From assembly GCA_049287025.1 (NCBI GenBank), contig JBAQFA010000009.1:24802-88801 (forward strand): DNA of 64,000 bases. Direction: 5' to 3'. Numbering within the stretch: position 1 is the first letter of the stretch; every line of letters begins with the position of its first letter. Below the pieces are notes generated by a model, which saw only the letters and a program-made list of their open reading frames with translations, was not told the DNA's origin and ran no database searches. The stretch is from Candidatus Magasanikiibacteriota bacterium. Its GTDB lineage: Bacteria; Patescibacteriota; Patescibacteriia; Magasanikbacterales; UBA922. Below, piece after piece: positions 35,485 through 44,488 of the stretch. The position numbers were made by a program, and so were the translations under genes.

Positions 35485-35799
35485 ATGAGCATTGTTTTTC
35501 TTGATGATGATGTGGAAAATTTTATTTATAGTCTAGAAAATAAAACAAAAGCTAAGGTTTTGCGAACGTTGGATTTGCTAGAAGAGTTTGGTTATAATCT
35601 GGGCATGCCACATACAAAAAAGATTAAAAATAATCTTTTTGAATTGAGAGTATTGGGTAGAAATCAGGTGCGATTATTTTATACATTTTTAAAACCAAAT
35701 ATAATTGTTTTGTGTGGCTTTAGAAAGAAGACTCAGAAAATTCCTAGTCATGAATTGGAGAAAGCCCTGCATAAATTAAAGTTGCTTGACAAGATATAA
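35485..35799 (+). CDS. HigB/Gp49-like (RelE/ParE superfamily) toxin
   Basis: 104 aa. The pattern ...LEEFGYNLGMPHTKKIKNNLFELRV...VRLFYTF...IIVLCGFRKKTQKIP is typical of phage Gp49/HigB-type toxins. The antitoxin gene follows immediately. Confidence 0.7.
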   Translation: MSIVFLDDDVENFIYSLENKTKAKVLRTLDLLEEFGYNLGMPHTKKIKNNLFELRVLGRNQVRLFYTFLKPNIIVLCGFRKKTQKIPSHELEKALHKLKLLDKI

Positions 35800-35822
35800 C
35801 ATATATGTTATATTATAAATGT

Positions 35823-36095
35823 ATGAAAAATTACAATAAAATTAAATCAGAAATATTAAAAGACCCTAAGTTCAAAAAAGTCTATGACGATCTTGAGCCA
35901 GAATTTGAATTGGCTCGGCAAATTATTAAAAAGCGTTTGGAATTAGGTTGGTCTCAGTCAGAATTGGCTAGAAAAATGGGTACCAAGCAGTCGGCTATTG
36001 CCAGGTTGGAGTCTGGCGGATATAATCCAAGTATGGCTTTTTTGCAAAAAACAGTTAAGGCATTAAAGGCCGATTTACAGATAATTATTAGTTAA
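35823..36095 (+). CDS. XRE-family HTH antitoxin (HigA-like)
   Basis: The HTH is LGWSQSELARKMGTKQSAIARLESG. I chose the start ATG at 35823 (MKNYNK...). Confidence 0.7.
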   Translation: MKNYNKIKSEILKDPKFKKVYDDLEPEFELARQIIKKRLELGWSQSELARKMGTKQSAIARLESGGYNPSMAFLQKTVKALKADLQIIIS

Positions 36096-36098
36096 ATT

Positions 36099-37187
36099 AT
36101 GCAAAATACATTACTTATAATCCTGGCTTTTTTATTACTCGGAGCCATTGCTCTAATATTTTTGTTATACAGAAAAATGGAAAAAGTTGGTCAGCCAAAA
36201 GAAGGTGAACAAAATATGTTCTTACTTTTGCAACAACAAATGCAAGAGCTGAACAAAACCATGGATCAGAAAATGTCTGACACTCACAAGGTCTTGGGAG
36301 AAAATCAGTTGAATATAAATAAAACAATGCAGACCCAATTTGCCCAAAGTAGCAAAATCATTACTGATATCACAGAAAAATTAACTAGTCTAGATAAAAC
36401 TAATCAACAAGTGATTGGATTTTCGGCACAACTATCAAATTTGGAAAAAGTTTTGAAATCACAAAAGCAAAGAGGAAATTTAGGTGAGGCAGGATTAAAA
36501 ATGGTTTTGGAAAATATGATGCCACCAGGCAGTTTTCAACTGCAATATGAATTTCCCGATGGTGATACAGTTGATGCCCTGATAATAACCAAGGAAGGGA
36601 ATATTCCAATAGATGCTAAGTTTTCTTTGGAAAATTATCAACGACTGATAGATTTGGTGGATGAATCTCAACGTGAAAAATTGGAAACAGAATTTAAAAA
36701 TGATTTGAAAAAAAGAATTGATGAAACTTCTAAATATATTAAACCAAAAGATGGCACTTTGGAATTTGCATTTATGTTTATCCCGAGTGAAGCCATATAT
36801 TATGACTTACTTGTTAATGAAGTGGGGGCGGTAAAAGTAAATACGCGAAATTTAATTGATTATGCTTTTAATGAACGCAAGGTCATTATTGTTTCACCCA
36901 CAACTTTTGCTGCTTATCTCCAAACAGTCTTACAAGGTCTGCGGGCTTTCAAAATAGAAGAAGGAGCCAAGGAAATTAAAAAGAATGTAGAAGTCTTAGG
37001 CAAGCATTTACTGGCTTATGAAGATTTTATGAAGAAATTGGGTGTAAGCATGACCACGACAGTTAATCATTATAATACGGCTTATAAAGAATTGGGGAAG
37101 ATTGACAAAGACGTGGTGAGGATTACTGAGGGTGAGAAAAAGATGGAGCCAGTATTACTTGATAAACCAAAGATTGAAAATGATTAA
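36099..37187 (+). CDS. rmuC: DNA recombination protein RmuC
   Basis: It has an N-terminal TM segment, a long coiled coil, and a C-terminal RmuC nuclease-like region (FAFMFIPSEAIYYD...VIIVSPTTFAAYL). Confidence 0.8.
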   Translation: MQNTLLIILAFLLLGAIALIFLLYRKMEKVGQPKEGEQNMFLLLQQQMQELNKTMDQKMSDTHKVLGENQLNINKTMQTQFAQSSKIITDITEKLTSLDKTNQQVIGFSAQLSNLEKVLKSQKQRGNLGEAGLKMVLENMMPPGSFQLQYEFPDGDTVDALIITKEGNIPIDAKFSLENYQRLIDLVDESQREKLETEFKNDLKKRIDETSKYIKPKDGTLEFAFMFIPSEAIYYDLLVNEVGAVKVNTRNLIDYAFNERKVIIVSPTTFAAYLQTVLQGLRAFKIEEGAKEIKKNVEVLGKHLLAYEDFMKKLGVSMTTTVNHYNTAYKELGKIDKDVVRITEGEKKMEPVLLDKPKIEND

Positions 37188-37204
37188 TATTTAATTAATT
37201 TTTT

Positions 37205-37753
37205 ATGTCAGAAGAAAACAATCTTGAAGAAAAAAAAGAAGAAATTATAGTTCCACCAGTCGTGGTAGCTACAGAACAAAAAGTAGAGGAGAAAATTAAA
37301 AGTGGTGGTTTTTTAAATAGCGGTTGGTGGCCGTTTTTTAGTTGGTTATTATTTTTTGGAATTTTTTGGGGAGTATTTATTTATTTAAAACCAGTGGCCA
37401 GTGATATTGTAAATAGTAAGGCCTTGGAAATTTTTACAAAATATAGCCAATATGTCGGTGTCGTGTTTGGTTTATTATCCATGGTGATTATTTATATTTT
37501 ATTTGGTTTAAAAAAATTGATTTTAAAAGCCAGATTAAATTTTATTAATGCGATAATTTTGGCTTTGGCTTATTTACCTTGGTATTTATTTGCGCGATAT
37601 TTAATTTTATACGAAAAACGCTATACTGATATTGGTCGCGGAGTAATTACGTATGTGGCTGGACCATTAAAAATGGCAGTACTGGTTGTGTTCGTGTTGG
37701 CCGGGGTGTGGTTGATTATTAGTTTGTTATTAAATTTAAAAAAAAGTAAATAA
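37205..37753 (+). CDS. Integral membrane protein, unknown function
   Basis: 182 aa with four predicted TM helices. Confidence 0.5.
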   Translation: MSEENNLEEKKEEIIVPPVVVATEQKVEEKIKSGGFLNSGWWPFFSWLLFFGIFWGVFIYLKPVASDIVNSKALEIFTKYSQYVGVVFGLLSMVIIYILFGLKKLILKARLNFINAIILALAYLPWYLFARYLILYEKRYTDIGRGVITYVAGPLKMAVLVVFVLAGVWLIISLLLNLKKSK

Positions 37754-37754
37754 T

Positions 37755-39149
37755 ATGAAAAAAATATTTTTATATACCTTCATAATTATTGCGCCATTAT
37801 TTTTAACGGGGTGTGTAGGAGATTTACAATCACTGTTGTGTGATTTTTTACCAGATTCTGATCATTGTTTTCAATCGGCCGCGATTCAAGAAGGGCAAGT
37901 AGAAGAATGTGAAAAAGTATCAGGTGAAAATTTTAAAGACACTGGTTCTAATCCACCACGCGACAAATGTTATTTATTAATTGCTGAAAATACGGGCAAT
38001 CTTGATGCTTGTAAACAAATAAAAGGCGGACCAATGTCGTATACTCAAGAGGAATGTATCTTGGGTGCGAGTATAAAGAATGAAGATCCAGCTGGGTGTA
38101 AAATGTTGACTGGTTCTGCGGCGGCACAGTGTAGAAAAGAGCTTGGGGTTAAAATTGATGCTGTCAAAGTAATTGAAGTAGACAAACAAATTGAAGAAAT
38201 AAAAAATTATTTGAAAGATGGTTCGGATCCAGATTTGGAAAAACAACTTAAAGGTTTGGAACAAAGACGCGAAGATATGTTGGGGGTGTTAACCAAGGCC
38301 AATAAGGATGAGTATGAAAAATTATCAGACCCGATTAGTCAAGAAATAATTGGGGACTTTGCCGTGGGTGATATTGACTCAGCGACTAAAAATAAATTAT
38401 TAGAATTTAACAAAAAATTAAAAGATAGTGGGGTGAAAATGAGCACTGAACAATATGAATCTATTCGCGATTATTTGGCTTATGTAAATAATCCAGATAA
38501 TGATATTGAAAATATGGATGGTAGTGGTATGACGAAAGATCGTTGGAATGAAAAAGTGGGGAATGCGGTAGACAAATTAAAATTTTGGAAAACTAATCCC
38601 AGTGAAGCCGAGAAGGGTTGGGATGAACAATTGCGTTTTTATGAAAGAATGCTAGAAAGACAGGCTGCTATAAATCAAGGTATGACAGAGTTGCAGGAAG
38701 ATTTTAATCGTAATATGGGTATGGTGTATGACGCGGCTGGAAATAAAATAGTGGATGTGGCCAAGGATGCTTTTATTGAAAAGTTTTTTGGAGAAATTAC
38801 GGGCAAGACTGTAGGTTGGACAACAATGGTTGTGGGAGAAGCGATTGATACGGTGAAGGCCGAAGCCAAATCAATGGAATTTCGTGGTTTAGCCAGAGCC
38901 TATGATTTGGGCATGGCTGAAGAAGTTGGTAAATTTGGTGGTGATGTAGAAAAAGCTCATGCGGAAGTGGTAAAGAAAATGATGGCTAATCCATATGAAT
39001 ACGAAGATGGCAATCCTTATGCCAAATATGGTAATATTTTGGAAAACAAAGATTGTGATGGATCAAATCCTCATTGTGTGAATAAAGAAGTGTTTTGGAA
39101 AGCTATGAAGAAATCATATAAATATCAACATCAGAGTAGTGGTAGTTAA
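37755..39149 (+). CDS. Lipoprotein, unknown function
   Basis: The signal peptide carries the lipobox LFLTGC. 464 aa with a Cys-rich N-terminal part and a helical C-terminal part. Confidence 0.55.
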   Translation: MKKIFLYTFIIIAPLFLTGCVGDLQSLLCDFLPDSDHCFQSAAIQEGQVEECEKVSGENFKDTGSNPPRDKCYLLIAENTGNLDACKQIKGGPMSYTQEECILGASIKNEDPAGCKMLTGSAAAQCRKELGVKIDAVKVIEVDKQIEEIKNYLKDGSDPDLEKQLKGLEQRREDMLGVLTKANKDEYEKLSDPISQEIIGDFAVGDIDSATKNKLLEFNKKLKDSGVKMSTEQYESIRDYLAYVNNPDNDIENMDGSGMTKDRWNEKVGNAVDKLKFWKTNPSEAEKGWDEQLRFYERMLERQAAINQGMTELQEDFNRNMGMVYDAAGNKIVDVAKDAFIEKFFGEITGKTVGWTTMVVGEAIDTVKAEAKSMEFRGLARAYDLGMAEEVGKFGGDVEKAHAEVVKKMMANPYEYEDGNPYAKYGNILENKDCDGSNPHCVNKEVFWKAMKKSYKYQHQSSGS

Positions 39150-39279
39150 TTACCCAAACTTGACAATTAGCCTAGAATAATATATAATCCGAGCAATCTT
39201 AAATTATGGTTCTCAGCTGTAATTTAGGAAGGCTCTCAAATAATTAAAATTTATAATTTAAAATTGAAAATTTACAAGT

Positions 39280-39540
39280 ATGCCTAATAAACAATCAGCC
39301 AAAAAGGCTTTACGTCAAACAAAAAAGAGAACAGAATTGAATCTTAAAGTAAAAGATACTTATAAGAAAGCAGTCAAAACTATTAACAAAGCAGTGGAAG
39401 CTGGAGAAAAAGAATTGAAAGAACAATTGAGATTAGCGCAAAAAGCTCTTGATAAAGCAGCTAAACGTGGAGTGATTAAGAAAAATACCGCTGGTCGGAA
39501 ATTGAGTCGTTTGGCAAAGAAGGTAAAGAATGTAAAATAA
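39280..39540 (+). CDS. rpsT: 30S ribosomal protein S20
   Basis: MPNKQSAKKALRQTKKRTELN is the canonical S20 N-terminus. Confidence 0.9.
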   Translation: MPNKQSAKKALRQTKKRTELNLKVKDTYKKAVKTINKAVEAGEKELKEQLRLAQKALDKAAKRGVIKKNTAGRKLSRLAKKVKNVK

Positions 39541-39546
39541 AACATT

Positions 39547-39591
39547 AAAAAACAGTAGAGCCGTAGCAATGCTACGGCTCTACTGTTTTTT
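39547..39591. terminator. Bidirectional terminator (rpsT / holA)
   Basis: The 16-bp stem acagtagagccgtagc/gctacggctctactgt is flanked by an A-run and a T-run. Confidence 0.85.
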
Positions 39592-39602
39592 AAATGGTTT
39601 GA

Positions 39603-40574
39603 TTAAATAGATAATCTTCCAACAAACAAATCTAATAATAAGTCTGCCTGACCCTGACCAGTTTTTATTTTTTTATCAAAATCTAATAGAGACTGGTAAA
39701 TATTTTTTAGGGTTTGAAGATTATATTTTTTTACAAATGGCAGAGATTTTTTTACTACAAACGGATGCAATTCTAATTTACTGGCCATAATATTGCTACC
39801 AATATTATCCTCGCGGTCAAACAAATCACGCATTTCCAAAAGAATTCTAAACTGACGTAAGACCATAGAAAAAACATAATGGGGATCTTTGCCAATTTTG
39901 TATTGCTCGCGAATCATTTTGTAAACTTGCTTGGATTGGCCAGCGACAATTGCATCTACTAGATTAAATATATTGTCATCAGCACTGGCTTCTAAAAATA
40001 AGTTGACATCTTCAGTTTGAATTTCTTCATTACCTTTGTAAGCTAGCAGTTGTTCAATTAGAGAATTTATTAGCCAAATGTCGCCTTTGGTATTTTGGAC
40101 TAAGAGTTGCAAAGCATGAGAACTGATTTTTCCATTTTTTTCTTTAATTTCAGTGTCAATCCAGGCAGATAATTTGGCGCCAATAAGAGCAGGAAATTCT
40201 TGAGCATATTTTTCTTTTTCTAAACGTTCATAAAATTCCTTGGCCACTTTAGTTTTTGGTTTGCCTTCACCTTCCCAAAAAATATAAACATTATCTTCGG
40301 GTAAGTTTTTTTCTTCCACTCGTTTGAGAATTTGTTCTTGTAGATCACCTTTTTTGGTAGCCGATAACAAATTTTCTAATACTACCATACGTTTTTCGGC
40401 CAAGAATGGCATGGACAAAATTTGTTCCATAATCAAACCCGGTTCTTCTTTTTCACAATCCAAAATTGTCACATTCAAACCTTGGGGGTCGCGATCAATT
40501 TTAAATTTTTCAATCATTTTTTTTAATTGTTTGCGACTGCGAAAAGTGTCAGCGCCGTACAAGAAGATTATCAT
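39603..40574 (-). CDS. holA: DNA polymerase III delta subunit
   Basis: 323 aa. The N-terminus IIFLYGADTF and the length and helical C-terminal domain are typical of HolA. Confidence 0.75.
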   Translation of the reverse strand: MIIFLYGADTFRSRKQLKKMIEKFKIDRDPQGLNVTILDCEKEEPGLIMEQILSMPFLAEKRMVVLENLLSATKKGDLQEQILKRVEEKNLPEDNVYIFWEGEGKPKTKVAKEFYERLEKEKYAQEFPALIGAKLSAWIDTEIKEKNGKISSHALQLLVQNTKGDIWLINSLIEQLLAYKGNEEIQTEDVNLFLEASADDNIFNLVDAIVAGQSKQVYKMIREQYKIGKDPHYVFSMVLRQFRILLEMRDLFDREDNIGSNIMASKLELHPFVVKKSLPFVKKYNLQTLKNIYQSLLDFDKKIKTGQGQADLLLDLFVGRLSI

Positions 40575-40753
40575 ATTTTTTTTGTAATCCCGATCCCGAC
40601 TAAGTCGGGAGAGGGATCCCTTTTTAATGCATTTTAACTTGTAATATAAAGAATTTTATTTAGTTAGATGTTTTTTGTTTTGAAAAGGGATTCTTCACTT
40701 CCTCTTCCACTTCATTTCACTCAGTGTCAGAGTCCGTTCAGAATGACAGACGG

Positions 40754-43429
40754 TTATTTAAGTTCTCCCCACCTAGTACCAATATCCACATGGACTTCGA
40801 CTGGGACATTTAATTTTACCACATTTTCCATAGCTTCTTTTACAATTTTACCTACATCTTCAGCCAAACTTTTTTCTACTTCCAAAACAATTTCATCATG
40901 AACTTGTAATATCATTTTTACCTTGTCTTTGGGAAACTGTGTACTTTGAGCGGTTAACTGTGAATCAATTTCTATCATGGCCATTTTCATCAAATCAGCG
41001 GCTGTACCCTGGATAGGCATATTAATAGCCATGCGTTCGCCAGCATTTCGCAATTGAAAATTATCTGATTGTAATTCTGGTACGTATCTTTTTCTGCCAA
41101 ACAAAGTCTCTACATAACCATCTTTATGAGCAAGTTTTAGAGTATCATCAAGATATTTTTTTACACCACTAAAATTTTCAAAATATTTTTTTATAAAATC
41201 TTTGGCTTCCCAATTGGTAATACCAGTCCGAGAAGCGAGACCAAACGCACCCATACCATAGAGAACACCAAAATTTACTTCCTTTGCTGCTCTCCTCATT
41301 TCTTTGGTCACTTTTTCCAGTTTAACTCCGTTGATAACAGCGGCGGTGGCAGTATGAATATCTTTGTTTTGTTTGAAAATTTCAATCATTTTTTCATCTC
41401 TGGCGAGTGAAGCCACAATACGAAGTTCAATTTGAGAATAATCAGCCACGACCAAGACATTGCCAGGCTCAGCAATAAAAGCATTGCGAATTTCTTTGCC
41501 AAGTTCGGTTCTAATCGGAATGTTTTGCAAATTTGGATCAGAACTAGATAGTCTGCCAGTAGTAGTGACAGCTTGATTAAAAGTAGTGTGGATGCGATTA
41601 GTTTTTGGATTGATTAATTTTGGTAAAACATCTACATAAGTACTCTGTAATTTGGCTAACTCGCGATGTTCACGAATCATATCAATAATGGGATGGATAC
41701 CAGATAATTTATCTAGTTCTGACTCGGCTGTGGAATAACCAGTCTTACCTTTTTTTATACCCTCAGCCGGTAGGCCCATTTTTTCAAACAAAATATCTCT
41801 GAGTTGAGTTGATGAGGCGACATTGAATTCTTCGCCAGCTTCCTTATAGATTTTTTTGGTGACTTTATCAATCGCTTTGGCCACGTCTTTGGAAAGTTGA
41901 TTTAAAACCGGGACATCAACGGCTATACCATTTAATTCCATGTCTGCTAATATGGGAATTAGTTTCATTTCTACGTTGTTAAATAAACCAATGTCACTTT
42001 CTTCTTCTAAAGCTTTTTTTTGTTTAGAATAAATTTGTAAAATAATATCTAGCTCTCTAGCTACTAGATTTGGATCCACTCCAAACAAACTGCTTTGGTC
42101 TGAACCAGTCGGTAAATCAATCCCAAGTTCACGTAGAGCAATGGAACGTAAATCATGATTGCGGTTGCTGGAGTTGATTAGATAGGAGGCGATCATGACA
42201 TCGAACAACACAGAAAACACATCAACAGAACAACACCTCAACACTTTAACCAATTGCTTCAAATCATGTCCAACTATAATTTTATTTTTATCTTGAAAAA
42301 TTTTAAAAATATCTCTGCTTGGTTTTTCTATATAATAATTATTTTTGGCAGTAGAAAAAACTATACCAACCAATTCTCCATCCAGAATATTTTTTCCATT
42401 CAAGACCTCTTTACAAGCAATAATATTTTCGTTTTCTAATTCTTTAATTATATTCTCAATATTATTCTTGTCAGCAACTACAAGCTTCTTGGCTTTTGTT
42501 TTTTTTATGTTGGTCTGTTGTTCTGTTGACGTGTCTTTTTGTGTATATCCAGGAATCCTTTTTAACATGGAAAAGAACTCAAACTTTTTGAATAAGTCAG
42601 CTACAGTATTGATATCAAATTCATGAGTAATACAGTTTTCTAATTTAAAATCTAGATCAGGGACGTCGCGGATAATTGTAGCTAATTCATGGCTCATAAA
42701 GGCGTTTGTTTCGTCTTCTTCTAATTTTTTTACCACACCAGGTTTTAGAGTGGAATCTTCTTTATAATTTTTGTAAATTTCATTTATTCCACCAAATTTG
42801 GTAATAAGTTCAACCGCGGTTTTTTCACCAATGCCATTAACCCCAGGGATATTATCTGAAGTGTCTCCGCGCAAAGCTTTATAATCTACAATTCTTTCCG
42901 GTCCAAAGCCATATTTTTTCTTTACTTCTTCACTGTCATACATAACAATGTCGCTCATACCTTTTCTCAAAGCATATACCTTTGTATTTTTACCAACAAT
43001 TTGTAACAAGTCCATGTCGCCAGTGACCACAATGTTTTCTATATCTGGATTTTTGTTTTCCAGGATTTTTGTAACCGTGCCTATTACATCATCAGCTTCA
43101 TAGCCTGGTTTAACATAAATAGGGATATTAAAAGCCTCAACGATTTTATAACAAAGCGGAATTTGGTCGTAAAGTTCTTGATCAGCTCTGACACGAGTTG
43201 CTTTATAATCTTTGTAAACCTTGTCACGAAAAGTGCCACCAGCCACATCAAAACTAACCGCGATATAATCTGGTTTCAAATCAGCCATGACTTTTAGAAG
43301 CATGGAAGTAAAACCATAAACAGCGTTGATCATAGTACCATCTTTGGCAGTCAATGGTGGTAGGGCGTGATAAGCACGGTGGACTATGGCGTTGCCGTCT
43401 ATTATTACAAATTTTTTTTCTCCGGACAT
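40754..43429 (-). CDS. polA: DNA polymerase I
   Basis: 891 aa with an N-terminal 5'-3' exonuclease (GDTSDNIPGV). The C-terminal pol domain motifs are DYSQIELR, RRAAKEVNFGVLYGM and QVHDE. Confidence 0.95.
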   Translation of the reverse strand: MSGEKKFVIIDGNAIVHRAYHALPPLTAKDGTMINAVYGFTSMLLKVMADLKPDYIAVSFDVAGGTFRDKVYKDYKATRVRADQELYDQIPLCYKIVEAFNIPIYVKPGYEADDVIGTVTKILENKNPDIENIVVTGDMDLLQIVGKNTKVYALRKGMSDIVMYDSEEVKKKYGFGPERIVDYKALRGDTSDNIPGVNGIGEKTAVELITKFGGINEIYKNYKEDSTLKPGVVKKLEEDETNAFMSHELATIIRDVPDLDFKLENCITHEFDINTVADLFKKFEFFSMLKRIPGYTQKDTSTEQQTNIKKTKAKKLVVADKNNIENIIKELENENIIACKEVLNGKNILDGELVGIVFSTAKNNYYIEKPSRDIFKIFQDKNKIIVGHDLKQLVKVLRCCSVDVFSVLFDVMIASYLINSSNRNHDLRSIALRELGIDLPTGSDQSSLFGVDPNLVARELDIILQIYSKQKKALEEESDIGLFNNVEMKLIPILADMELNGIAVDVPVLNQLSKDVAKAIDKVTKKIYKEAGEEFNVASSTQLRDILFEKMGLPAEGIKKGKTGYSTAESELDKLSGIHPIIDMIREHRELAKLQSTYVDVLPKLINPKTNRIHTTFNQAVTTTGRLSSSDPNLQNIPIRTELGKEIRNAFIAEPGNVLVVADYSQIELRIVASLARDEKMIEIFKQNKDIHTATAAVINGVKLEKVTKEMRRAAKEVNFGVLYGMGAFGLASRTGITNWEAKDFIKKYFENFSGVKKYLDDTLKLAHKDGYVETLFGRKRYVPELQSDNFQLRNAGERMAINMPIQGTAADLMKMAMIEIDSQLTAQSTQFPKDKVKMILQVHDEIVLEVEKSLAEDVGKIVKEAMENVVKLNVPVEVHVDIGTRWGELK

Positions 43430-43616
43430 AAGAAGTAAGACTTAGGACATAGGATTATTATGGGAGTATTGTAGCATTAAAAGAGTAAGGAATAAAGAGT
43501 AAGGAATAAGGAATAAAAATTAAAGGCTTACTGGGCTCACAAAGCTGACAAGGCTTACTAAAATTAAACTAAAATGTGATATAAATTTAACAAAAATCCG
43601 CCGAAGAGGCGGATTG

Positions 43617-43688
43617 AGGTACCGGTGGGAATCGCACCCACGCATAGAGGTTTTGCAGACCTCTGCCTTACTGCTTGGCTACGGTACC
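43617..43688 (-). tRNA. tRNA-Cys (GCA)
   Basis: The reverse complement reads ggtaccg-ta-gccaagcagtaaggca-gaggt-ctGCAaa-acctc-...gtgggtgcgattcccac-cggtacc-t. The U73 discriminator fits a Cys tRNA. Confidence 0.85.
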
Positions 43689-43796
43689 GTATGTAAATTT
43701 TCAAAATGATTATAACAGGGTTTGTATTTTTTTTCAAGGGGTTAAAAACCCGCCTGTTGGCGGGTTGTTTAATGTTATTTGTTATCTGAATTCTGA

Positions 43797-44390
43797 TTAG
43801 AAGATTTCCATTTCAATTCTTTTCACGCCAAATTGTTTGGCTTCACTATATTCTGGTAACCAGACATCAACACGACCATGGCCATAGCGGGCGTTCATTC
43901 TATCGCGAACAATAAAAATTTTGTCGCCATAGATTTCAGGAAATTTGACCTGAGTACCCATAGGTAGGAAGTTGGCAGCAATTGTATTGCCAAAACCCTG
44001 TTCTTCGTATTGTTTACACAAATTATGACCATTGGCAGTAATACAAGGAGTTGAGTCAGTTTGTCCAACCAAACTATTATAAGCAGTGGCGACGACTTCT
44101 ACTGTTTTTACTGGTTTTTTGTCTTCAGCTATTGGAAAATTGACTGGTTCAGTAGAAGTATCAGACCTGAATATATCTATAAAAGGAGTAAGAATAGATT
44201 GAGCTTCTACAGTTTGAATAGGTAAAGCAGAGACAAAGACTGATATAGCTACCGCCACGGAGATTGACATCTTCAAAGTCTTATGATAAATTGTACTTTT
44301 GAAAATATTCATACTTGGATTAAAAAATCCTGAGGTTAACTCAGGAATTGAATTACGCGATATATTACCATGTTTTTGGTTATTTGTCAA
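43797..44390 (-). CDS. 3D-domain (MltA/RlpA-like) cell-wall protein
   Basis: It has an N-terminal signal anchor. The C-terminal sequence VATAYNSLVGQTDSTPCITANG...GTQVKFPEIYGDKIFIVRDRMNARYGHGRVDVWL fits the 3D-domain pattern. Confidence 0.65.
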   Translation of the reverse strand: MTNNQKHGNISRNSIPELTSGFFNPSMNIFKSTIYHKTLKMSISVAVAISVFVSALPIQTVEAQSILTPFIDIFRSDTSTEPVNFPIAEDKKPVKTVEVVATAYNSLVGQTDSTPCITANGHNLCKQYEEQGFGNTIAANFLPMGTQVKFPEIYGDKIFIVRDRMNARYGHGRVDVWLPEYSEAKQFGVKRIEMEIF

Positions 44391-44488
44391 CCCTATGAAT
44401 GGTGGGGTAAAATGTGGTATAATGTATTTAGACTTGTTTTTTTGCTAAAATAAGGTAAATTTATCATAAAAAGTTATACACACTAATT

